Source: a virus (taxonomy: Duplodnaviria > Caudoviricetes). From it: DNA of 41,074 nucleotides. Below the pieces are notes generated by a model. The model made no database searches, was not told the DNA's origin, and worked only from the letters and a program-made list of their open reading frames with translations. The stretch lies in the IMG/VR virus record IMGVR_UViG_3300011113_000340, positions 1 through 41,074 of that record, one strand, 5' to 3'. Positions 35,011-41,074 of the stretch are shown here, piece after piece. Within the stretch, counting starts at the first letter, position 1; each line of letters starts with the position of its first letter. A program made the position numbers and the translations under genes.

Positions 35011-35977
35011 AAGCAAGAATGTATACACCGACAATGGCATTGAGGAAGAACTGTGGGCGGTGACTTTGCAGAGCGCGGAGCCGAAGGCGAAGCGGTCGCA
35101 GATGGCACCGACGGTGTACGATATCGACCAGCCAGACCCGATGGTGGACGAAGAGAAGCCTCGCTTCAAACTTCTGACCCGTACGGATTTGAGGGCGATG
35201 CCGGACCCCGAGTGGCTCATCCACGGTCTGCTTCCGGCAGATTCATTCACAGTCATTTACGGTGCGCCAGGTGCCGCGAAATCGTTTATGGCACTGGACA
35301 TGGCCTGCTCCGTCGCTTCCGGTCACACCTTGCACGGTGCCCAGGTCCGTCGTGGCAAAACTCTCGTCGCCGTAGGCGAAGGTCTGCGGGGGATGAAGCC
35401 TCGTGAAGAGGCTTGGTCGTTAGCACGGGGAGCCGCCGCTGACATGGATGCGTTGGAGAAGAACCTGCACATCTTGCCCAAAGCGGTGCACCTGCTCGAA
35501 CAGAAAGATGCGACGATGCTGGTGAACACCGCCGAGTACTTGTCGCAGGTTGATGACGAGCCGCTGCGTCTGGTCATCATCGACACTTGGGCGCGTGCCC
35601 TTGTCGGTGGCGATGAGAACAGTGCGAAAGATGTTGGTGTAGCCATCGATGTGTGTGAGCGTATTCGTGAGCGCACTGGTGCAACCGTCCTCATTGTGCA
35701 CCACACTGGTGCTGATGGGCAGCGTGAGCGTGGCTCTACGGCGTTGCGTGGTGCAGCCGACACTTCAATTGCGATGGTGAAAGATGAGGCTTCTGGCATC
35801 ATCAACATGCAGGTGAAGAAGATGAAGGACGGAACGCCACCTGCGCCCAGCAACTACATCCTCAGCCAGTACGGTCATAGTGCGGTGCTACTTGCACATG
35901 ACTCGAACTTCCGGCCAGCGGGTGTGTACCGTAAGCCAAACAACCCATACAATTCATTCTCAGGAGAACCTTTCTAA
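34994..35977 (+). CDS. RepA/AAA_25-type replicative helicase
   Basis: YGAPGAAKS Walker A, LVIIDT Walker B, DENS, VHHTG...RGSTALRGAAD. Confidence 0.9.
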   Translation: MMTTDESKNVYTDNGIEEELWAVTLQSAEPKAKRSQMAPTVYDIDQPDPMVDEEKPRFKLLTRTDLRAMPDPEWLIHGLLPADSFTVIYGAPGAAKSFMALDMACSVASGHTLHGAQVRRGKTLVAVGEGLRGMKPREEAWSLARGAAADMDALEKNLHILPKAVHLLEQKDATMLVNTAEYLSQVDDEPLRLVIIDTWARALVGGDENSAKDVGVAIDVCERIRERTGATVLIVHHTGADGQRERGSTALRGAADTSIAMVKDEASGIINMQVKKMKDGTPPAPSNYILSQYGHSAVLLAHDSNFRPAGVYRKPNNPYNSFSGEPF

Positions 35978-36204
35978 TGAACAACGGAGTACAGTTGCGC
36001 CTGTTCGATGATAAGACTGAGCGCATTACCTATTACAAAACTTCGGGATATATCATCGAGCGTTCCCGACTCAATCATGCAATAACTAAATACACGGAGG
36101 TGTACCCATGCAAGGTAGATATCATGAACTCGGCGGGATGGACCGCTACGGTGAGAACTCGCTTGCGGGCGATTTGGCCGAAGAGAAAGTCTCGCAAGTC
36201 TTAG
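35977..36204 (+). CDS. possible small protein
   Basis: TAATG coupling and AGGAG SD, but 97-nt overlap with the next gene. Confidence 0.4.
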   Translation: MNNGVQLRLFDDKTERITYYKTSGYIIERSRLNHAITKYTEVYPCKVDIMNSAGWTATVRTRLRAIWPKRKSRKS

Positions 36205-36650
36205 AGGCTATGGACCGCCCAGTCGTCCCATTCGGGCCACGGCGTGTAAGCACAGCCCGCGCCCAGCACACCACCTGGACCCGTGAGGTCCGGCATGCCC
36301 CTGACTTTCTTGGTTGGGGTAGGTTCATTGAGGTGCAAGGCAGCGACGGCGATACCATCATCTTTAAGCAGGAGAAGACTGAAGCCCTGACATGGTGGGA
36401 TACCATTATGCCAGTGTTCTACGGCATCTATCTGCAGAAGCAGAACGAGGTTTTGTTCTGCGATTTGGAGACGGTGATGTGGGCTATCTCGCAGCCAGGG
36501 GTTGAGGAGATTACCCTCGATGCTGACACCCGCAACCCTAAAACTGCGTGGATTGTTCCCGTGTCGGTGTTGTTGGAGCGCGCAACAACGGACGCTTTTG
36601 CTTCGTCTAAAGCCGTCAAGGGTAAGAAGAAGAGGAAATCTGATGGCTAA
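36108..36650 (+). CDS. PD-(D/E)xK-like nuclease-fold protein
   Basis: GDLAEEKV...HAPDFL...FIEVQG; GGAGG SD. Confidence 0.6.
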   Translation: MQGRYHELGGMDRYGENSLAGDLAEEKVSQVLEAMDRPVVPFGPRRVSTARAQHTTWTREVRHAPDFLGWGRFIEVQGSDGDTIIFKQEKTEALTWWDTIMPVFYGIYLQKQNEVLFCDLETVMWAISQPGVEEITLDADTRNPKTAWIVPVSVLLERATTDAFASSKAVKGKKKRKSDG

Positions 36651-36864
36651 ATACGACTATCGTTGCAGGAAATGCGAGACCTACTATGAGATTGAGCGGT
36701 CTATTCACGACCCTGAATCTGACCTTGCATGCCCTGAATGCAGCGGTGCGTTGACACGGGTGTACGGTCCTGTTGGTGTCGTGTTGAAGGGGGACGGGTT
36801 TTATCGCAATGATAGTCAGCCGAAGAACACTAACTTTTATCCAGAAAACGGAGCGACATTCTGA
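36643..36864 (+). CDS. FmdB-family zinc ribbon protein
   Basis: MAKYDYRCRKC...CPECSG..TRVY....LKGDGFYRND. Confidence 0.88.
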   Translation: MAKYDYRCRKCETYYEIERSIHDPESDLACPECSGALTRVYGPVGVVLKGDGFYRNDSQPKNTNFYPENGATF

Positions 36865-37310
36865 TGGGTACGCAAACTGGTGGCTCCAAGAAGCATTGGT
36901 CGTTTGACCCTGCGACCGTCGAGTCGGTTGCCCCTATCCGCGATGCGCTCGTACACTACGACGACTATTTTGCCGAGGAGTTAGATAACTACACTACCCT
37001 CGCTATCGTGATGGAGCGTATCGTGCAAGAGTTGCCGGAAGAGTTTCGTGAACCTGTTCGTCTTGTCCATCTGGAAAGCCGCTCGTATCGGTCGGCTGCT
37101 AAGACTTTAGGTATAGACCACAAGACAGTCAAGTCCCGTGTTGAGCGTGGGCTTGCTATATTGAAAGCAAGGTTGGTTGATAGTGTGTGGATTGCGGAGA
37201 TGCTGCGCGGCTACATCCCTATGGATGAGGTGGCGGCAGAGAAGCCTGCACAGTCAACCAAGATTGCTGACATTTTAACCACACTTAAGAGGAGCAATGA
37301 ACAAGAATAA
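36864..37310 (+). CDS. sigma-70 region-4 (ECF-like HTH) protein, candidate late activator
   Basis: LPEEFREPVRLVHLESRSYRSAAKTLGIDHKTVKSRVERGLAILKARL; no region 2 evident. Confidence 0.8.
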   Translation: MGTQTGGSKKHWSFDPATVESVAPIRDALVHYDDYFAEELDNYTTLAIVMERIVQELPEEFREPVRLVHLESRSYRSAAKTLGIDHKTVKSRVERGLAILKARLVDSVWIAEMLRGYIPMDEVAAEKPAQSTKIADILTTLKRSNEQE

Positions 37311-37710
37311 GAAGCAAGGCACAGCCTTTGAAACTTGGACCCGTAAAGCGTTCAACGCTTTGGGGCTGCGTGCCCGTCGTCTTGCCGAAGGCGGGCAGTA
37401 TGATGAAGGCGATGTAGAAACCTATATCGACCATCCGACCCAGCGTTGGGTGGTGGAATGCAAGGCACAGTCGTCGTTGAATGTGCAAAAGATTTTGGGC
37501 AAGGCTCGCCGCAAGGCGAACGGAGACCCTGTTGTTCTGGTTTGGAAACGCCTTGTGCGGGTTCCAGGCAAGAAGGTGCGCCAACCTGTTGATGGTGAAC
37601 GCATTGTAGTCGTCCTCGGATGGGATGACTTCGTTCGTTTGTTGACGAACAACGCCCCCACTGGCGACTTGGTGGACACTACTACTGACACCGAGGAGGG
37701 TTCAGAATGA
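37297..37710 (+). CDS. Holliday junction resolvase (Hjc-like PD-(D/E)xK)
   Basis: KQGTAFE...DEGDV...VVECKA. Confidence 0.8.
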   Translation: MNKNKKQGTAFETWTRKAFNALGLRARRLAEGGQYDEGDVETYIDHPTQRWVVECKAQSSLNVQKILGKARRKANGDPVVLVWKRLVRVPGKKVRQPVDGERIVVVLGWDDFVRLLTNNAPTGDLVDTTTDTEEGSE

Positions 37711-38084
37711 TTACTCAAGAAATGTTTGACGGTATTGTCAAGAAGATTGCCGATAAGGAAACTTGCACCGTTGAGGAGGTTACTGAACTGGTGCAAACGA
37801 TAGCGGAACTGGAGCAGCGAAGCATGGTCTCTGGTCAGGTGGTGGAGTTCGTGCTGCATGCGGCTGAGCAGGTGGCGAACGATGTGATTGACAAGGTGAT
37901 GCGGAACTTGAACCTTCGAGACCTTGACAAGGTGAAGCAGGTGCGCAGCATTAGCAGCAAAACTTCTGAAGGGTTGTCAGCGGTTACACAACTGTACATT
38001 GCGCAGATGTTTGCGCATTTGAACCAAGGTTCAGCAGTCGCTGATACGGACCCAAGTATCCTCGATGACGAGGCGACGGCATGA
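37707..38084 (+). CDS. helical hypothetical protein, last gene of the plus arm
   Basis: ATGA coupling, GAGGAGG SD. Confidence 0.75.
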   Translation: MITQEMFDGIVKKIADKETCTVEEVTELVQTIAELEQRSMVSGQVVEFVLHAAEQVANDVIDKVMRNLNLRDLDKVKQVRSISSKTSEGLSAVTQLYIAQMFAHLNQGSAVADTDPSILDDEATA

Positions 38085-38357
38085 CCAGTCGGTCTCGGCG
38101 GTCACCGTCAGTTCGTTTACTGTGTAGCGGAGTTCAGGTGTTTGCAGGTTCGGTACAATGGTACGGAACGCCTGCTCAAACGGAATGTCTTCCAACATAT
38201 GGAGACGATACGCTTCGGTGTAAGCGGTGCGAAGATTTGCATCGGACACGACTCGAGCAGCGTCAGGCGTAATGATATCGATGGCTTCCTGTGCTCCTTG
38301 TACGGAGACATACAGGCCAAGTGTTGCGAGCAGGGTTGCGATGGTGTTTTTCAGCAT
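38031..38357 (-). CDS. putative exported/membrane-anchored protein with C-terminal Cys pair
   Basis: MLKNTIATLLATLGLYVSVQG signal-like start; fills a 300-bp gap; weak SD. Confidence 0.5.
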   Translation of the reverse strand: MLKNTIATLLATLGLYVSVQGAQEAIDIITPDAARVVSDANLRTAYTEAYRLHMLEDIPFEQAFRTIVPNLQTPELRYTVNELTVTAETDWSCRRLVIEDTWVRISDC

Positions 38358-38380
38358 GTCCACAACTGTGGGTGCGGGGC

Positions 38381-38551
38381 TTAGCGAGACAAGCCTCGGG
38401 CAATGTCGCTGAACTTGCGCTTCTTCTTTTTGCCTACCCGTTCCGGCATGTTCTTATAAGCAGAGGCAGGGGTTTCGCTGGAGTACCGCTTAGCCACCTT
38501 AGGGTTGGTTGCATATAGGTAGCGTTGTTGGGCTTTTGATTTGAACGGCAT
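38381..38551 (-). CDS. small basic protein (MPFKSKAQ type, 56 aa)
   Basis: GGAGG SD; Lys-rich. Confidence 0.75.
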   Translation of the reverse strand: MPFKSKAQQRYLYATNPKVAKRYSSETPASAYKNMPERVGKKKKRKFSDIARGLSR

Positions 38552-38552
38552 G

Positions 38553-39095
38553 TTATCCTCCAAGAAGTTCAAGTAGTGCCCGTGTCTGCGCTTCACGGAT
38601 AGCGCGCTGCGCATTTGACCGTGCCGAGCCGACCGGAATAGATGGTGCGCCCAGCATCTGCGATGCCGAGTTCAGGGCATCAGCCAACTGTGTAATCTCG
38701 GCAGCGCGGAACCCTTGAAGGCCGCGCGCCCCACCAGCGGTAAGCATGCCAGCCTGTGTCATGCCTGGGACCATGGATACTACCCGACCGCCGATGGGGG
38801 CTACGGCTTTTACTGCTTTGCCAGCCTTCGCACCTTTCAATAGTGCACCACCAGGGATGACTGTTGACCCAAGTTCAAACACGCCAGCCCCAAGCGACTT
38901 CAACATCTTGCCGAACTCGCCTGTTCCAGCATACTTTCCTACTCGCTCAAAGTCATCAAGGCCAAGTAGTTCATTACCGATAAAGTTGCCAACAGCAGGG
39001 AATGCTTGGCTGAGGATACCAGCAAGGCTGAGGCCTGCGGCGGTGCGGCCTTTCCTCGATTTCAGCAGTTTCGCAATTAGGTCTGTCGATGCCAT
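38553..39095 (-). CDS. Gly/Ala-rich hypothetical protein, possible internal virion protein
   Basis: Own late motif and AGGAG SD; hydrophobic Gly-rich helices. Confidence 0.7.
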   Translation of the reverse strand: MASTDLIAKLLKSRKGRTAAGLSLAGILSQAFPAVGNFIGNELLGLDDFERVGKYAGTGEFGKMLKSLGAGVFELGSTVIPGGALLKGAKAGKAVKAVAPIGGRVVSMVPGMTQAGMLTAGGARGLQGFRAAEITQLADALNSASQMLGAPSIPVGSARSNAQRAIREAQTRALLELLGG

Positions 39096-39108
39096 GATAT
39101 CTCCTACT

Positions 39109-39126
39109 TATAGCCGTCCGTGGGGA
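39109..39126 (-). promoter_or_regulatory. late motif copy (TCCCCAC-GGA-CGGCTATA)
   Basis: 1 nt after the upstream stop, just before the SD. Confidence 0.75.
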
Positions 39127-39789
39127 CTACCTTTCCAACATTTGGCTGAGGCCAAAGTTCCTCAAAATAGCCCTGATAGCCTGCTCATCCCCAGCCTTTG
39201 CCCGAGCAACCAGCGCAGCCGAAGGCTTGCGACCGAGGCCCCGTTGTGCTTGGATTCGTACCGCATCCAAAATAGGTTCACCGATGTAGCCGTACTCGGC
39301 TAGAGAGTTTCCTTCAGATATGAGTGTTCGTGCTGGCGCGATACTACTAATAACCTGCCACGGTAACTGCCCCTCCATCACATGGCGGGCATGGTTAAGG
39401 GCGTAGGGCAAACTTGGAGTGACCCAATCTCCTGTATAGATATCAGATGCATACGATGGAACGGCACGATAGATTCTTATAGGCATATCAGGGATTCCCC
39501 GCGCAGCCATGATGGCAGGTAGAGCAGCAAGTTCATCGCCATAACCATAGTTTCTAGGATTGGTGTATACATCGGCGGGATATAAATCATTACTATCCAG
39601 TCTGTATATAGGTGCACCAACATCGTCAAGGGCGGTTGGTGCAGTGTGAGAAATCTTCCAGTCCATCGGGTCTTGCCCGCGCATGCGCATACCTAAAGTT
39701 CGCATAACTTCACTAAGCCGTTCCTCACTACGCAAACCTTCGGTGAGTGCATTCACAAGGTCAAGATAAGATTCAATACGGTTTGCCAT
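39127..39789 (-). CDS. candidate second ADP-ribosyltransferase-fold protein
   Basis: IRIYRAVP...GDWVTPSLPYA..H...EGNSLAEYGY gives an R-(T/S)-E arrangement; start MANRIE at 39789. Confidence 0.55.
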   Translation of the reverse strand: MANRIESYLDLVNALTEGLRSEERLSEVMRTLGMRMRGQDPMDWKISHTAPTALDDVGAPIYRLDSNDLYPADVYTNPRNYGYGDELAALPAIMAARGIPDMPIRIYRAVPSYASDIYTGDWVTPSLPYALNHARHVMEGQLPWQVISSIAPARTLISEGNSLAEYGYIGEPILDAVRIQAQRGLGRKPSAALVARAKAGDEQAIRAILRNFGLSQMLER

Positions 39790-39790
39790 A

Positions 39791-40195
39791 CTACTTTGCC
39801 ATCCTCCGTGTAGCCTCACGCCTTGCTGCCTTCGCCTTAGGTGTATTGGCTACAAACTGCTTACCCCGCTTCGAGCCAGCCACCTTCTTCTTGTTGGTGG
39901 CTGCCTTCTCCGCAGGTGAAAGTTTCTTCCACGCCGCCGCCGGAAGATACCGACGGGTACCGCCTTCACGGATAGCAGGCTTCTTGTCGCTGGTCTGCCA
40001 GTCTTCTTTAGTCCAACGGGACAGGCCTTCTTGGGCTGCCGTCTTCTTACCAGTGTATCCGCCGCCAGCCTTCTCGTACCGTTGGGCAACGAGTTGCGCT
40101 TTGCGCGCAGACCACTGGCCAGGCTTGCCGCCTTGGCTGCCTGCCATTACGCTGCGCTTGATGCGCTCACGGAGTTGGGGTTTGGTGTATGCCAT
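39791..40195 (-). CDS. basic protein, DUF5872-like
   Basis: YTKPQLRERIK...GGKPGQWSARKAQL...YEKAGGGY...W.KEDW...RYLP. Confidence 0.75.
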   Translation of the reverse strand: MAYTKPQLRERIKRSVMAGSQGGKPGQWSARKAQLVAQRYEKAGGGYTGKKTAAQEGLSRWTKEDWQTSDKKPAIREGGTRRYLPAAAWKKLSPAEKAATNKKKVAGSKRGKQFVANTPKAKAARREATRRMAK

Positions 40196-40196
40196 G

Positions 40197-40826
40197 CTAC
40201 TGCCCCCCGAGTGGTCCCAGCAAGGACCTTAGAATGTCCATCATTTCGGCCTCCGCTTTCGCCTGCCCAATCTTGCCGGTATTGTATGCTATTGTCCTGC
40301 GGTTTGAGGCAGCAAGTTTCGGGCTTACGCTGCCCATCTTTGATAGCGCCTCTCTAAATGACATTGGGCGGTCAGATATTTCTGACATCTCTCGCGCAAT
40401 AGTGTCCTTGTCTCTGGCAACCTTTTCCTGCGCCAGTCCAATAGTCTCCAGCGCCCCGCGACGCCAACCAGTCACTGGGTCAATACCAGCCCTTGTGTTA
40501 TTCATGATTGAGGTCAGTAGGCGCCTTGTTGCCGACTCTGGCGCAAGGAATCCACCAACGCCCCCACGGTTAAGGCGGGTTTCGGAAAGCCTGGTGTTAG
40601 CCTCAACATACCGCATCAGTTCCTTAAGGCGTTTGATGCTGGACTCCACCTCCTCGGTTGGTCCGCCCATGTCCCCGCCCTTGCGTGCTGCCTTACGAAA
40701 GAGTGCAAGGCGCTTGGCGATATCCTCCATCGGCACATCGGAGGCGAGCATCTGTTTGAACAGCACAGCCTCATCGGGGGCAAGCAGCGCCTTCGCTGCG
40801 CGTGCGGCATCATCTAACGCGGCCAT
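40197..40826 (-). CDS. hypothetical helical protein (possible distant relative of 795..1298)
   Basis: 209 aa; GAGG SD; tightly packed in the cassette. Confidence 0.75.
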   Translation of the reverse strand: MAALDDAARAAKALLAPDEAVLFKQMLASDVPMEDIAKRLALFRKAARKGGDMGGPTEEVESSIKRLKELMRYVEANTRLSETRLNRGGVGGFLAPESATRRLLTSIMNNTRAGIDPVTGWRRGALETIGLAQEKVARDKDTIAREMSEISDRPMSFREALSKMGSVSPKLAASNRRTIAYNTGKIGQAKAEAEMMDILRSLLGPLGGQ

Positions 40827-40835
40827 ACTACTACC

Positions 40836-41074
40836 TCACCCACCCAACCTACGAATAACATCTAAGATGTTGCCGTCAATACCAGCCACCTCATAGGAAG
40901 CATTACGCGGTACCAGATACTCCATTTCGTCGTATTGATTAGAGATGCGGTGGGGTACTCTATATGCATACGGGAACAGCCCAAGGGAACCAGTTGGGTT
41001 GCTGATGCGCAGAATAGCACCTGGAGTTTCTCCAGTAAACTGCCTGGCTATATCTTCAGATAGGCTCGTTGACC
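40836..41074 (-). CDS. 3' part of the junction-spanning ADP-ribosyltransferase
   Basis: ...HRISNQYDEMEYLVPRNASYEVAGIDGNILDVIRRLGG*, stop at 40836-40838. Confidence 0.88.
   Translation of the reverse strand, partial: STSLSEDIARQFTGETPGAILRISNPTGSLGLFPYAYRVPHRISNQYDEMEYLVPRNASYEVAGIDGNILDVIRRLGG
40948..41074. repeat. 127-bp exact terminal direct repeat (copy 2)
   Basis: Identical to 1-127. Confidence 0.95.

Noticed and set aside
36607-36625. Partial late-motif look-alikes (CTAAAGCCG here; ATATAGCCGCG near 836)
   Set aside because: They lack GTGGGGA and lie inside coding regions
3952-39126. Dispersed 18-bp motif as CRISPR repeats or att sites
   Set aside because: Copies are kilobases apart, degenerate and always 5' of late genes; no integrase seen
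40948-41074. 127-bp repeat as a biological terminal repeat
   Set aside because: The length equals a common assembler k-mer and the repeat lies mid-gene; best read as a circular overlap

Overview
The window is an apparently complete ~40.9 kb tailed-phage genome: bases 1-127 recur exactly at 40948-41074, as expected for a circular assembly overlap. It has a podovirus-like virion module and probably infects an actinobacterium (inferred from the M15 endolysin, FmdB zinc ribbon, high GC, and CRP/GlxR-type and actinobacterial ARG-type boxes). The late arm is on the minus strand, running from ~26.7 kb leftwards across the contig junction to ~38 kb. It carries terS, terL, portal, scaffold, major capsid, adaptor, nozzle, three putative ejection proteins, a holin-like gene and M15 endolysin, tail fibres, a permuted NlpC/P60 enzyme, a lysozyme-fold enzyme, and a cassette of small genes. 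The early/middle arm is on the plus strand (27.7-38.1 kb): small orphan genes, an HTH regulator, HExxH peptidase, Cas4/RecB-like nuclease, RepA-like AAA helicase, FmdB, a sigma-region-4 protein and a resolvase. I recognised no integrase, DNA polymerase, tRNA or CRISPR array. Main points missing from the ORF track: (1) a 205-aa R-S-E ADP-ribosyltransferase split by the contig junction, which shares an N-terminal motif with a dispersed paralog pair and lies near a second ART-like gene, suggesting a capsid-loaded effector cassette; (2) a type II hammerhead ribozyme at 28090-28156; (3) a control region packed with host-regulator-like operators (four ARG boxes, several CRP boxes) and a repeated CRP box + -35/-10 early promoter; (4) eight copies of an 18-bp late-gene motif; (5) two diverged inverted GGTTACC/hairpin elements flanking the early region. 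All calls were made by eye, without database searches.
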